Source: Lama guanicoe (lineage: Eukaryota). Taken from it: a DNA stretch of 64,000 bases. This document shows, piece by piece, positions 50,686-64,000 of the stretch (position 1 is its first letter; every line of letters begins with the position of its first letter). Location: NCBI GenBank assembly GCA_013239625.1, contig MU054132.1:1-64000 (forward strand), read 5' to 3'. Position numbers and translations under genes: made by a program. The notes under the pieces are model-generated. The model was not told where the DNA came from. It saw nothing but the letters and a program-made list of their open reading frames with translations, and searched no databases.

Positions 50686-51795
50686 ACTGGACCATACAGG
50701 AGCTGACTCATCTATAACTATGAATATATGGGGTTTTTTCCCTTCTTAATCACAAAAGCTACTCGTTTAAACAAACTTTAACAGATTGGCAATCTTGTTT
50801 ATTTTAGCCCCAGGTAATAGTATAAAAATAGATATTTGTACAATTTCTCCAAATCATACAACACAATGGAAAAGTCCAAAGCCCTGTAATAAATCCCTTC
50901 TTTACTAACGTAAACCCAGTCTCACAAGCTCCCTCTGGGCCGCAGCATCTTGGCCAGGGGCAGAGTTCTCCTGTGGCACGTGCAGGGAAGCCTTGCTAGG
51001 GACTCCACATCAGTGTGGACTAGTCACTCCCGCTGCCTTATCTGGCCTCCTTGGAGGATGGGTCCCTAGCAGCACCACCTCTGCTCCTTCCTTTCAGGGA
51101 CGCCCATGGTGCCCACTCAAGGCAGGCTGACCATCCACGCAGGGCACACAAGGCTACCCATGACCAGCTAGGCCCACACCTCCTCCACTCAGGCCACCAG
51201 CACACCATCTGAGCCCAGTGCCTGGGCAGGTAATCCAGCCCTTCTACCTTTAAGGCCCAGATTATATACCTAAAAGTCTTTCCTGAGAGCCTCTCTTGTA
51301 AAATATAACTTAAAATATAAGAAAATAGCAATCTGTATAACAAACCCAAAGAAAGCTGTTCTCAGTTAAAAGACAGAAATGTATTAAACTCTTTAAAAAT
51401 AAACTCTCATTTGACTAGTCCAATATCAGTATTCTTTTCACAACCCCCTTTTCCTTGGATTCGTGAAAACAATGCAATCAACTTCAAAATTTGGTCTTTA
51501 AGTGATACTTTTAAAAAACAACACATTTTCTAAAATATTAAATGTATATTATTTAGAAACAGGTGTATGCAAATACTTTTAAATATCAATATATAAACCC
51601 ATTTATCAATTCTCCAGTTAACAGAAAGAGGTATTCACATGTTCGAAATTTGAAAATCATTTTTCCTAACTATGACCGTGGCTTCTAGACTTTGCCCTCA
51701 AGCACAAGCTATTATTCCTCTACGACATGACCCACAACACGAAGATTTATAGCCTCACAGGGTAGGAAGATTCTGTAGTCTTCCGCTGGATGGTA

Positions 51796-51845
51796 TCAAA
51801 GCTGAAGGCTGAAAGATACTTTGGTGGTATAGCTGGGAACAGATT
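51796..51845 (-). CDS. LRRC2: LRRC2 terminal exon, coding part (50 bp including TGA)
   Basis: Acceptor ccttttgttacag|. The phase-1 join gives (E)SVPSYTTKVSFSLQL*, the LRRC2 C-terminus. The four exons total 489 nt in frame. Confidence 0.95.
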
Positions 51846-52334
51846 CTGTAACAAAAGGGAAAAACATACTCAACCATTCCATTTTGTTTTGAAATATAAC
51901 TACATGCCCTGGCTATGTCACAGCCTATCAAAATTATGCCATTTTATATGCTTCAATTATAGAGATAAATGTATCTATCATCAAGTCAGGTGCAGTCATG
52001 CTTTAGAGAGATCTGAATCTAAGAAAAATACACAATTATTAACTCAATTCTTTTGCAATCTTCTCAGCTAACTAACAGCTACATCAGCATCCTGGAAACT
52101 CTATGACCCTAAAATAATAAAAGTTGATAAAAAAGAAATAGATGGCCAAGGACTGGGCACTGTGGATACCAGGTCAAAGGGAATATGGCTTGTAAGAGAA
52201 CTCTGAGCTATCCCTAAACCAAGCAGAAGCTTAGGAAATAATCCTTTTTATCAGTCTTGCTCTTCCCACTCGTTTCTCTCTCTTCCCCTCTCCCTCTCTC
52301 TCGACATATACAATGTGTCAAAGGATTGTCTATA

Positions 52335-52485
52335 CCAATGGTTCTCAAGATGTGTTTCTCAGGCATCAGTATCACCTAGAAACTTGTTAGAAATGACCAT
52401 TCTCCAGCCCCAGACCTGATGACTCAAAAACTCTGAGGGCAGGGTCTGTAGCTGATTCTTACGTTGATTTATAGTGTGAGGAACA
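52335..52485. mobile_element. MER5A-like MITE
   Basis: caatggttctcaa...gcatcagtatcacctagaaacttgttagaaatg motif. Confidence 0.65.
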
Positions 52486-52683
52486 GTGAGGGGCTTCACT
52501 TTGCCATCATTCTTGAATCCACGGTTGGAAGTCCATGTGGACTCCCTAAGTCTACTTTTGTTCCTTATAGAGATTAGTCTGACATTAACTCAGACATTAG
52601 TCTGATGGGGAGAGAAAAGAGGAAAGACACTAAAACAAAGAAAAAGGAAAAACAAATAATTAAAAGCTTATGGCAGACCACAT

Positions 52684-52762
52684 ATAGATTGAACTATTGA
52701 GGAATCATTTTTGTAGGTCCAAACCAGCTGAATATTGGCAAGATCATTTGGTTCAACCTGAT
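52684..52762. mobile_element. MADE2-like mariner-derived palindromic MITE (~80 bp)
   Basis: tagattgaactat...ttttgtaggtccaaa...atttggttcaacctg, an imperfect inverted repeat. Confidence 0.6.
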
Positions 52763-54132
52763 ACAAATACATGAAGGATAGATTATAGTTAATTTAGAAA
52801 TAAGTGAATAAACTGGAAATCTGTCATGACTAAAATTAACTTTTAAAAGCAAATTATTTTACTGTTAGCCACACAGATTCAAAGCTTAATATCTATTTTC
52901 TCTAATTGGTTTTTTTATATATATATATTTTTTTATTGAAGCAGTCAGTTTACAATGTGTCAATGTCTAATTCATTCTTGAATCTTATTTAATAGCACTA
53001 AAATATAAATAAGCAATGAATACAATAAAGTTTTTCACAGGAGGAAATTTACAACCCAAAGATAAATTTTGGCAAATAGTTGTGCTATTTCAGTTTTGGA
53101 ATTTCTAATTTATTTCATGATATTTCAGCATTCAAGATTAGGGATGGCCAAACAGATTAGATAACTGTATAGAAACTTTGTTTAATGGAAAAAAATTTGC
53201 CAATGAATGGTATTTCTCATTAACATCCAGAGACATCTGAATACCTGAAGGTGACGAATCATCTTCAGACATCTACCGACGAGGGAGGAGCAAGGTCACC
53301 TGTGTGATATTTTCTGAGGGAGACTGAGGGAATCTGCCCTCAAGAGCTTACCTTCAAAGTCACGGGAGTCAGGGCTCCCTCCTCCCTAAACCCACATGCA
53401 GGACATCTTTCTTTCAGGTCTGCCCCCAGCATTATCAACAAAAGAGAACTGAAAAATTAAGGACTAACTCGCAAGCATCCACACCCAGAAAAGAGATGTG
53501 GGATTAGAAGAACAAAGACTAATTTTCATTTTTTCCTGTGTCTGCGTGCGTGTCACACAGGAAGGGGCTCTAAGGCTTCAGGAGCATTTTGGAAATAGGC
53601 ACGGGGGGTGGGCGGGTGGCTTTCATCCTTTCCTGAGGTCCTGTGACTGCCCTGTTTCTCTGTATCGTCATCACCACCCTTTGGGAAACCAAAGCCACAT
53701 GATCTGTTTACTAATCTGCCATCCTGGTTTCCCCTTTGTGCTTTTTATATAGATGTAGCTTGATTATACAAGAGATTACTTTTTCTAAAATGGATTTTGA
53801 GATGGAATCTTTCCCCATTAACTAGAATACTATTTTATCAATATCATTTTGTCAAAAACCCATGTAAAGTTAGTAGTGCAACCCTCACATTTTAAGTGTT
53901 ATGTTTTCCAGCCTCTCTGTCACATAGTCAATGATGTGGTAAGCATTCTAGCGCACTAGGAAATTTTGATTATTTTAAGGAAGCTTTACTTTTCCATTTA
54001 CCAAAAAAAAAAAACAACAAAGTAGCCTATCCCTAAACAATTAACTTTTTATCAATTTGACATATAAATGTATTACATGAGTACATGGATTTCTATATAT
54101 TCGTTTTAAATAACTTTAAATGAGTAACCTAC

Positions 54133-54269
54133 CTCTTTCTTTAAGATCTTCAAGATAGGCTTTCATAAATTCTTTATCAAAATGCTGGCGATCTCGTTCA
54201 CTTTCTATCATATCATCACCATCTTGATACTGGGTATTCTCAATGGGATTGTCCATAAGGCTTACAAAT
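54133..54269 (-). CDS. LRRC2: LRRC2 penultimate coding exon (137 bp)
   Basis: Acceptor ttgaatag| and donor AG|gtaggt. Translates (K)[45 protein letters not shown]. Confidence 0.96.
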
Positions 54270-55650
54270 CTATTCAAGAGAGTATGGGAAATGTCATATT
54301 TTCACCTGTGCTTTTGTAACCTTGTGAAATTTCTCTCAGAAGTCAACATTCGTGGCAGTAAATCTCAAGTTCTCACTTATTCTTGAAAGACACAGCCAAC
54401 CGCATAACATTCATGTCACCAGTGGAATTCCACCACACAGTACTCCAACAAGATGATGGAGTCAGTTTATGGCACAGACTATGTAGAGGTTTGATGGGGA
54501 AACGAGGGCAATGTAGCCACAGGCAGAGGGCAGAGAGCAGCCCTTAGTCTCCCTGTCACGTGTGCTGTCTTACTGTGTTTGACAGCACTCCCAACTGGTG
54601 ATCTCAAACTCTAAAATGATGTGGCTACATTGAAAATGGCTCAGATAAAAATCCCCACCAAAGAGGTATTTAAAAGATGCACTACTCCTGTTAAAAAAAA
54701 AAAAAAAAAAAAAGCTAAAGGAGAGAAGCCAAAATGGCACTTAATCTCATTTCTTCATAACTTTAAAAGATCTCTTGATGTGAAAAATTATACAAATTTT
54801 TCAATTTAAAACAGGAAATCTTTCAAATAGTCTTTGGTTGCAATTTTAGGCCCTACTCAATCTTGGGGTGTTGGAGTTCTCTTCGGTTTGTAGAAGAGAC
54901 GTCATATACATATAAATGATATGAGCCACGTATCTCAGATTTTAGTATGTGTATTTCCCAGTTCATTTTCATTTTAGCTTTATTTCACGTCTAAAAATGG
55001 GGAAAGCAAAAATGTTTTAATTCTTACATAGAAAGACTCATTCAACTTTTCCTTTGCAATTTATTTAATTGAATTTTTATTGCCCTTCCTATCCAAAGCT
55101 AAGAAATACTTCTTTTATCATTCTTCAACTTTTTTAAATCAATCATTGTCCATATCCTAAAATTTGAACAGAGCAATGATATTTTTTATGTAAAGCAGCA
55201 GTCTCTCGCCCTACCCCTTTGCATCCTCTTCCACCCAGAGAAATCTCTTTCATAGGTCAATCACTATTTTTACTTAATCTATTTGAAATGTCCTTTGTCA
55301 CAGGACAAATGCTTTAATGTTGTTCAATCAAGTGGAAGTCCTCCCCTGATTTTCAACTCCTGCTACCTCCCTAACCCTTCCTCCTTCCAATTTTTACCTA
55401 CACTTTACTTTTTAAACATTTTATTTGGAAAGTTTTCAAAATTCAGGGAAGTTGAAATTTTTTTTAAAGTGAACACCCCGGTACCCACTGCCTGGGTTCC
55501 ACATTTAACACTTTACTGCACTTGCTTTATCACATAACCATCCCTCTATCCACCCGTCAAGCCATCTAATTTTTTGATGCACTTCAGAGCACATCACATA
55601 CATTGTGAACTTTATTTTTTATTGCTGTAGATTTTATTCTAGTACATAAA

Positions 55651-58600
55651 TTTTTTTATTGAAGTATAGTCAGTTTACAATGTGTCAATTTCTGGTGTAC
55701 AGCACAATGCTTCATATTGGAACATTTATATATTCATTTTCATATTCTTTTTCACCAAAGGTTACCAGAAGCTGTAGAATATGGTTCCCTGTGTTATACA
55801 GTATAAACTTGTTGTTTATCTATCTATATATACATACGCACACACATACAGTAGTATCTGCAAATCTCAAACTCCCAATTTATCCCTCCCACCTCCTTCC
55901 CCCTGCCCCCAGTAATCATGTTTATTTTCTGTCTCTGAATCAGTTTCTGTTTTGTAAATCAGTTTGTTTGCTTTTTTTTTCTTTTTTAGATTCCACATAT
56001 AAGTGATATCACATAGTATTTTTCTTTCTTTTTCTGGCTTACTTCACTTAGAATGACAATATCCAGGCCATCCATGTTGCTGCAAGTGGCATTAATTTAT
56101 TCTTTTTTATGACTGAGCAGTATTCCATTGTATAAATAAAGCACAGCTTCCATATCCAGCCATCTCTTGATGGACATTTAGGTTGTTTCCATGTCTTGGC
56201 TATTGTAACTACTACTGCTACGAACATTGAGGAGCAGGTAGGTTTTTGAATTAAGGTTCCCTCTGGATATATGCCCAGGAGTGGGATTGCTGGATCACAG
56301 GGTAAGTCCATTTTTAGTCTTTTGAGGAATCTCCATACTGTTTTTCCACAATGGCTGCATCAAAACTACATTCCCACCAGCAGTGTAGGAAGGAGGGTTC
56401 CCTTTTCTCCACCCCCTCTCCAGCATTTATCCTTTGTGGACTTTTGAATGATGGCCATTCTGACTGATGTTGAGATGATACCTCATTGTAGTTTTGATTT
56501 GCATTCTCTGATAATAAACATGGTACTGAGCATTTTTTCATGTGCCTATTAGCCATCTGTATGTCTTCATTGGAGAATTGCTTGTTTAGGTCTTCTGTCC
56601 ATTTTTGGATTGGGTGGTTTGTTTCTTTATTAAGTTGTATGAGCTGGTGATATATTCAGGAAATTAAGCCCTTGCCGGTCTCATATTTTGCAAATATTTT
56701 CTCCCATTCCGCAGGTTGTCTTTCTGTTTTGCTTATGGTTTCCTTTGCTGTGCAAAAGCTTGCAAGTTTAATTAGGTCCCATTTGTTTGTTTTTGCTTTT
56801 CTTTCTATTGCTTGGGTAGACTGCCCTAGGAGAACATTGCTGAGATTTATGTCGGATAATATTTTGCCTATGTTTTCTTCTAAGAGGTTTATAGTGTCCT
56901 GTCTTATGTTTAAGTCTTTAAGCCATTCTGAGTTTATGTTTGTGTATGGAGTGAGGGAGTGTTCTAACTTCACTGATTTACATGCAGCTGTCCAGCTGTC
57001 CCAACACAACTTGCTAAAGCGACTGTCTTTGCTCCATTGTCAAAGATTAATTGACCAAAAGTTTGTGGGTTTATTTCTAGGCTCTCCATTCTGTTCCACT
57101 GATCAACGTCTGTTTTTGTACCAGTACCATGCTGCTGTGATTACTGTCGCTCTGTAGTATTGTCTGAATCTGGGAAGGTTATGTTTGGGCACTGTTTATA
57201 TTTTCTGACTCTTTGCTGAAACCTCTGCTCTGTGCATCTATACTCCTCTTGAGTTCCCTGAACATCTTCACCATCATTCTAAACTCTCTCGGATAAACTG
57301 CCTATCTCCTTGTCCTCTGTTCCTTCTATGATTTTTGTCTTGTGCCTTGCTTGGCCTGGGAGAGATTACTCTGCCTCACACTGTCTACTATCCTTCTATT
57401 TGCATTTTGAGGTAGGTTAGTTCCGTTTGTCAACCATGGAGAGGTGGTCCTCTGTGGGAGACGTCCTATTTGTCCCAGCAGTACACTCCTCTCTTGTCGC
57501 CCAAGGGCCAGGGTCCAGCCAGTCCCAGGGTAAATTCAGGCCTGTGTTTGTGGATTCCTTCCACAGGCTTTGGGATTGTTTTCTTATTTCTGGTGTCTGC
57601 CCCCTGGTGGGTGAGGCTGGACCTGCACTTTCTGCTGGTTTCCTGGCAGGAGTGGGTGCATGCCCACTGCCAGGTGAAGCTTGGTCCTGGACCTCTGGGG
57701 GGTAGTGCCGTGTCTAGAGGTATCTGTGGCTCAGGAAGTCTGCTGATGGGGGAGGCGGGGGGGAGCTGGCTATGTTCCCACCCAGCATGTTTTTCTTTAA
57801 CTTTATGTATTTATTTTACAGTATCACATTTTTTTAATTGTAGTACAGTTGATGTCCAGTATGGTATGTTACAGGTATACACTATAATGATTCCCAATTT
57901 CGAAAGGTTATACTCCATTTATAGGTACTATAAAATGTGGCCTGTATTCCCCCATGTTGTACAGTACCTCCTTGTAGCTTATTTTATGCCTGATAGTTTG
58001 TACCTCTTAATCCTCCACCTTGCCCCCGCTTCCGTCTCCCACTGGTTACCACTAGTTCCTTTTCTTTTTTGTTATATTCACTAGTTTATACTTTTTTTAG
58101 ATTCCACATGTAAGTGGTATCTTCCAGTATTTGTCTTTGTCTGACTTACTTCCCTTAGCATCATGCCCTCCAAGTCTATCCCTGCTGTACCCCAGAAACT
58201 AACACAACATTTTAAATCAACTGTACTTCAATTAAAAAGCAAACAGCCAACCAACCCACTTAAAAGATGTGCAGAAGAACTGAACAAACATTTTTCTAAA
58301 AGAGGAAATGCAGATGGCCCACAGGAACATGAAAAGTTACTCAACATCACCAGTATCAGAGAAATGCCTGCTCAAAATCACAATGAGATATCATCTCAAA
58401 ACTGTCAGAATGGCCATCATCAAAAAGAACACAAGTAACAAATATTGGCAAGGATGTGGAGAAAAGGGAACCCTTGTACACTGTTGGTGGGAATGTAAAT
58501 TGGTGTCCTGGGTAATTTGTTAGGGATGACATTAAATCTGTAGACTCCTTTGTGTAGTATGGCCAGTTTAACAATATTCTTCCAATCTAACAGCACAGGA

Positions 58601-59155
58601 TATCTTTCCATTTCTTTAAAGCATCTTTAATATCCTTAGTCAATGTTTTGTAGTTCTGCATGTGTAAGTCTTTCACCTCCTTGGTCAGATTTATTCCTAA
58701 GTATTTTATTTTTTTGGATGCAAATTTAAAAGGGATTGTTTCTTTACTTTCCTTTTCTGATATTTCACTGTTAGTGTAAAGAAATGCAACTGATTTCTGT
58801 ATGTTAATCTTGTATCCTGATACCTTGCCAATTTCTTTTATCAGCTCCAGTAGTTTTTGTGTGGAGCCTTTAGGGTTTTCTATATACAGTACCATGTCAT
58901 CAGCATATGACAACTTTACCTCTTCCCTTCTAATTTGGATCCCTTTTATTTTTTTCTTGTCTAACTGGCTAAGACTTCCAATGCTATATTGAATAGAAGT
59001 GATGACAGCGGGCATCCTTGTCTTGGTCCACATTTTATCAGAAAGGCTTTCAGCTTGTCACCGTTGAGTACTATGCTGGCTGTAGGTTTGTCATAAATAG
59101 CTTTTGTCATGTTGAGTATACTCTCTCTAGTCCCACTTTGGTTAGAGTTTTTATA
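55651..59155 (-). mobile_element. Intronic L1 ORF2/3' end (55651-57182, 58503-59155) interrupted by HAL1-like pieces (57183-57785; 57830-58502)
   Basis: ORF2 peptides at 56048-56311, 56656-57009 and 58587-59033. 58186-58502 matches the inverted block at 41295-41600. Confidence 0.85.
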
Positions 59156-61710
59156 CTTTCACATTAATGTCAAAAACACTTGCATTCTGATCTGTAACTA
59201 TATTTAATGTTTCTATCCTGCCTGCAGTTTGATTCTAGAAGTGCAAATCAATACACAGCACTTAGACATTTTTGCAACAATTATCTGGTAAGGCCTGGAG
59301 ATGCAGGCAGTGCTTGCCTAGCTGCCAGCCCTGCCGCGGGTGACCTCTCAGGGAGCAGGCCAGCACCCTGGGGAATACCCGAACACAAAAGCTGGCATCT
59401 TTGCTTCAGGGCCACCCCTGGTCGTGGGCTGGACGGCTGGTGCTGACTGATCTCCCGAGGGAATCAAGGAAGCGAGTGGAGGGCAGGGGCTCACCTGTTT
59501 CTAAGAGATTTTCCTTTCATTCCTTCTGTTTTTAGCACCAAAGTCTACACACCTCCCTGTACCTGGAATCTGACCACCACGCTTCTTCAGAGTCTTTTAA
59601 GTCAGATGACTCGTTTCTTGGTTTATTCTGAGCTTCAGCCTATTTCATCCTATTTCCATGAGCTACCACTGTTCCGGCTGCTGCCTATGTCCCCAGAAAC
59701 GTACTGGGATCTCTATTCTGTGAAGGCCTTCCCTGTTTCCTCCGTCATCATGGGTTTATGTTTTTAATTTTGTTCCCTCATTTTAAGGTGGGGGGAGGTC
59801 CTCAAGATGGATAGGTGTTAAGTACACAGTCAACCCCCTCATCAATACCATGGCATTTGATACTCTTTTTACAGTTTCTGTATTTAATTTGTGGCTTAAT
59901 CCAGATTTCTTTTTGTGTACTATTTATGATATATAGTCTACAGCATAAGAAAGGGAATGAAGAAAGGCTTTATCTTTGTCTACCTGGCCAATTTCCACCA
60001 TGCTGTATTAATATTTCCCCACTGGTTTATGAAAATTCCTGTGTCATGTATTAAGGTCAATTTCAAGACCACCTCTTCTAATAATGTATCTGCAAATCTC
60101 TGCCTAATATCCCATCATTTATTCTAGGCAAATCCTGTTGCATTACTCTTGTTTTCCAAAATTATCACTGCCCTTCTTCCCTTTCAGAGACATTTTCAAA
60201 TCAGTTTCTCAGTTTCCAAAAAGGAAATCCCACCGGAGCTATGGAATCACATTATACTTCAGCCTAATTTTTGGAAGAAATCACCTCTTGACTGCTTTTC
60301 CAACCAGAAAAGACAGTAAGTACCTCCCAAAATGCAAGCACTCTTCGATATTCTTTTGGAACACTTCTTGGCTCCCTTCATATAAGAGAGTCATTCCTTC
60401 TAGGGTTTTTCCTAGATATTTTTTACCGTTGGTTATTAGCATTACTGCCATGATTTCTTCCATTGTTGTCTACAGGTTATTCCTAAGAAATCAGTAAGCT
60501 ATTGAATTTTTAGTGCAAAGTTTTTTTTTATTGAACTGTTATTAATTCAAAAAGCATCTGATTCTCCTAGATTTCCAAGTCCTACAGTTGTATCATTTGA
60601 AACAACTGTAGTTACCTGCACAGTCAGTTTTACCCTGACCAGAGGTCCTCCTCCTCCCCCTGGACGTGAGACTGCTCCATCTGCTCCCAGCTGCCCAAAT
60701 CTGGAAAGGGTTTGAGGGGTGAGTTCTGTTACCCCTTCTCTTCCAGAATGCTGTCTAGGTATGAAGAAGTGGGCCTCTTCTAATCTAGACAGCATTCCTA
60801 AGTCAGCCAAGGACAGTGGATGGCCCATTCCGACGAGAGGAGCAGGGTGGAGCAGATGTCTTAATCTTGTGCTTCTACAGGACTGATTTTAGTCTCTTCT
60901 TTGCAGTATTTAACCTCTTTACTTCTGTTTGCTATGTATCGTATCACAGAGACTGGAAGATAAGGAAGACTCGTGCTAACAGTGAGCATTTGCTACTGTG
61001 AAAACTGGGAGTCCCGGGGAAATAAATATTCCCTCAAATGGTGGTTTTAACAAACAACTGGTGTTCAAGGCAGGTGGGACCCCAGACACAGTGAGGAAGT
61101 GGCTCTCACAGGAGTGGCCTCATGAGAAAGTTCCTGGGAGGCTTTGAGCTGCTGGGGGTGGGCCAAAATGGTCTCTGGGTGAAGGTGATAGGGGAACCCT
61201 AAAGCCCCAGATTCTGGCAGGATGGTACTAGCAGGGAGCTGAGGGGACGTGCCTCAGGCGAGGGTAGAGCTGGGGCTTTTCAACTCCACATCTGAGGTAA
61301 GAAAGTCTATTTAGTTTCTTACCTTAGATTGGAGTCTATCACCTTAGTATGGATGATTTTTCATAGTTCTTGGTGGTTTGCAGATACTTCCAAGGAAATC
61401 CAAAGAAGGGGGGTGAGGCACCGAGGGAGGATTCAGCAGCCACTGACCCATCTACCCCGGCCAGCAGTGACGTGAGTGCCCAGTGACAGACCAGGGCACC
61501 CTGGGCCTTGGCACTGCGTGCCTTCAGCCAGCAGGCAGCATTTGCCCTGAAATCCTCTGAGCTTTACCTCCCCAGGCTGTTGGCCAAAAACTTCAAAATC
61601 CTGTAAAAAGTACAAGAACGATCTAAACGGTTCCTGAGAAAGGCTCCAGGCGATTCTCACTCTTACCTTGTGTCCAAAAGGGTCTCTATTGGGGATCCTG
61701 GTCTACTCAC

Positions 61711-61866
61711 TTTAAAGGTGTGGATGAGTCACAGAGGGCCGTCGGGAGCTCCACCAAGTGGTCCCCGCTGACAACTAACAGGGTGAGCTTCTTTAGGTTA
61801 AGCAGGGCATATGGAAGGTATGTCATCTTATTCTTATACAGGAGGAAGGTCTCCAGTTCCTCTAGC
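61711..61866 (-). CDS. LRRC2: LRRC2 coding exon (156 bp)
   Basis: Acceptor tcttctttag| and donor AA|gtgagt. Phase-compatible with both neighbours. Translates (R)[51 protein letters not shown](K). Confidence 0.96.
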
Positions 61867-62689
61867 CTAAAGAAGACGCAAAAGAGATTAGAATAGAAGG
61901 ATTTAGCCTCACAGCTAAGAAAACCAAAGTGGATTACAAATGAGGATTTCTTACTAGAATTTACCTAGTTAATTTTCATATGTGAATGTTACAAGAATAA
62001 ACTATTTAAGTAATTTAAAGCCATGCCACTATCCATGACATGATTTGGGTTTTCTTTTAAGGTTTTGCTGACTCAATTGCCAACTGAAGACACAGGTATA
62101 GCAGAGGCAAAATCAACACGTCCCCATACCTCTACCAAAGTGTCTACTGTATTCCCAAGGATTAACGGGGCATGGGAAAGAAATCACATTAGAATTAGAG
62201 AATAGACAAATTTTAGCAAACATATTTCTTTTGTATGTCTTCAAAACAGTTATTCTCCCATCATATTTTCAAACTTTAAAATAGGAATAAACCTGCAGAG
62301 CACAGCAATCTATCCACAGCAATCATATGATAATGCACTCAGGACCAAGCCATCTTTGGCTTCTGCATCTCGACAGCTGACTTATGCTACCTTAAGAAGA
62401 CTGTGGATTTCAGAAGGCTGGAGAGTTTGTTTCATCCACCACTCTCCAGGCCTGCCATGTGGGAGCCCAGTAATACTGGTGGAATGAATGACTCTTACAT
62501 GAGCGAGTATAGTTATTTTTTAAACAAGAAATAGCTATGAGGATATGCTTAGGTTTTCTAATTATATCAATTTTGTTTAAAATGTTAGGTATAACGAATC
62601 AACAAATGAAACTAATAAAAACTATCCTGATATTCTATAACAAATGATATGTTTCTATTCCATACATAATGAATTTACTTTTCTACCTT

Positions 62690-62915
62690 TGGGGAGGAAG
62701 GGATAAATTGGGAGTTCAAGGTTTGTATATATACTACTATGCATAAAATAGATAAACAGGAAGTTTATAATATAGCACAGGGAACTATACATTCATTACC
62801 TTGTAGTAACTGATTATGAAAATGAATAATGTGTGGATGTATGTATGACGGAACTATTGTGCTGTAGGACAGAAACTAATATATTGTAAACTGCACTCCA
62901 ATTTAAAAAAAAAAA
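62690..62915 (+). mobile_element. L1 3'-end fragment
   Basis: gggataaattgggag...atatagcacagggaacta... followed by an A-tail. Confidence 0.8.
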
Positions 62916-63026
62916 GTTAATGGTTCCATTCTGTTGGACTGAGGTAAAGTTCACCAAGATGACAAAGATGTGTTCAAATGCATATAAATATATACACACA
63001 CACTCATGTATACACATACACATATA

Positions 63027-63212
63027 TAGTTGACCTTTGAACAACACAGGCTTAAATTGTGCGGGCCCACATGCACGCAGCTATTTTCCAATAGTACGTA
63101 TTGCAGTACCGCATCAGTCTGTGGTTGCTTGAATCCGCAGAGAAACCCCAGCTACGGAGGCCGACAATAAATTACGTGCAGATCAACCCCCTTGTTGTTC
63201 AGGGGTCAACTG
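63027..63212. mobile_element. Tigger2/MER8-like TcMar MITE
   Basis: Terminal inverted repeats tagttgacctttgaacaaca...tgttgttcaggggtcaactg flanked by TA. Confidence 0.8.
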
Positions 63213-63380
63213 TACATGTGTATGTGTGATGCAAACTATTCTATTCTATGAAGAGCCAAACTAATTTCCTAGAAACAAGAAACTCGAGAACATCAGTCGA
63301 TTTCAGAGAGCATTCATGTGCTGTGCCTGTTTAAAATGTAAGTGATTCACGTACTTCACCTTCAGAGTGCAAGCAGCTAC

Positions 63381-63526
63381 CTGTCTATGTCTTGTGGCAG
63401 ATCGTTCAGGTTATTGTTGCTGATGTCCAACCACCGCAAATTAGACATCCGCAGCACACAGATCGGGACGCTGGAGAACTTGTTTACTGAGATATCTACG
63501 AAGGAAACTTGCTTCAAATTACTTAA
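63381..63526 (-). CDS. LRRC2: LRRC2 coding exon (146 bp; fourth from last). The gene continues beyond the right edge of the window.
   Basis: Acceptor cctttctag| and donor AG|gtagct. Translates [48 protein letters not shown](R), a leucine-rich repeat matching mammalian LRRC2 as I recall it. Confidence 0.96.
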
Positions 63527-63619
63527 CTAGAAAGGAATCACAAAAATATTCGGATTACTTTTTAATAGGAATGTCTCTTCCCAAAGGCATTTCTATGAAC
63601 ACATGCAAACCCAATCAGC

Positions 63620-63990
63620 ATTACAGGTATTCTGAGCACCTAATATGTGTCCTTCCCTGTGCTACACACTGGGGGTGCCACAATAAATAGCACACAGTGG
63701 CTGCCCTCAAGCCATTTACACTTTCATAAATAAGCAGTGCCATTTTATGTAGTAAGAACTAGTGTGAAGAAGTTTCCAATTTGCCACGTTCAGTAACAAA
63801 GAGAAGTAAGTGGTTAATCTGTCCAATAGGAGTGACTTACGTAGTGGACATGGGGTGAGGGATAAAAAGGTCAAAGATGAGTTGTCCCACTGCCAGCCTG
63901 AACATCTGAGAGATTACTGGGCCGCTTTCTAAAGTGGGGAGGACTGGGGACTGAGCAGCTTGTGCAGGGAATTGTGAGCCCTGGCTGTGC
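63620..63990. mobile_element. L2-like remnant
   Basis: tattctgagcacctaatatgtg...gctgccctcaag motifs typical of L2 3' ends. Confidence 0.5.
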
Positions 63991-64000
63991 ACCCGCACCG

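Noticed and set aside
51038..51349. 103-aa ORF in a GC-richer patch downstream of the LRRC2 stop
   Set aside because: It has a non-ATG start, no recognisable homology, and lies in the presumed 3' UTR.
53265..53299. Possible alternative LRRC2 last exon (GDLAPPSSVDV*)
   Set aside because: The acceptor has no polypyrimidine tract, and the exon at 51796-51845 already gives the known C-terminus.
57470..58084. Longest ORFs in the track (204 aa here; 172 aa at 42788)
   Set aside because: They are antisense readings of L1 UTR or ORF1 sequence with no recognisable protein content.
60997..61290. TG...CA-bounded segment, a possible old LTR
   Set aside because: There is no TSD and no family I can recognise.

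Overview
Mammalian genomic DNA, most likely camelid, because it carries several tRNA-derived SINEs of the Vic-1 type. The right end holds the last four coding exons of LRRC2 on the minus strand (63381-63526, 61711-61866, 54133-54269, 51796-51845). They splice in frame with GT-AG boundaries and end in ...ESVPSYTTKVSFSLQL*. The ~50 kb downstream of LRRC2 is almost all mobile DNA. Positions 1-37134 are a deeply nested cluster of degenerate class I (ERV1) LTR elements. The host is a plus-strand non-autonomous family that I label 'A', and most other LTR elements inserted into it are antisense. The cluster also shows an old internal duplication, a near-identical conversion-like tract and three near-perfect tandem duplications. 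Positions ~37.5-49.6 kb are nested L1 material. The two most unusual objects are: (1) a ~3.1 kb insertion between diverged target-site duplications (TSDs) that fuses an L1 3' end to an unspliced genomic fragment carrying a decayed copine (CPNE4-like) exon; (2) repeated copies of an ORF1-only, HAL1-like L1 derivative carrying scrambled antisense ORF2 segments, one copy bounded by a perfect 20-bp TSD. Repeat family names come from recognition by eye, not from a database search, and letters A-H are my own labels. No intact retroviral or L1 ORF is present.
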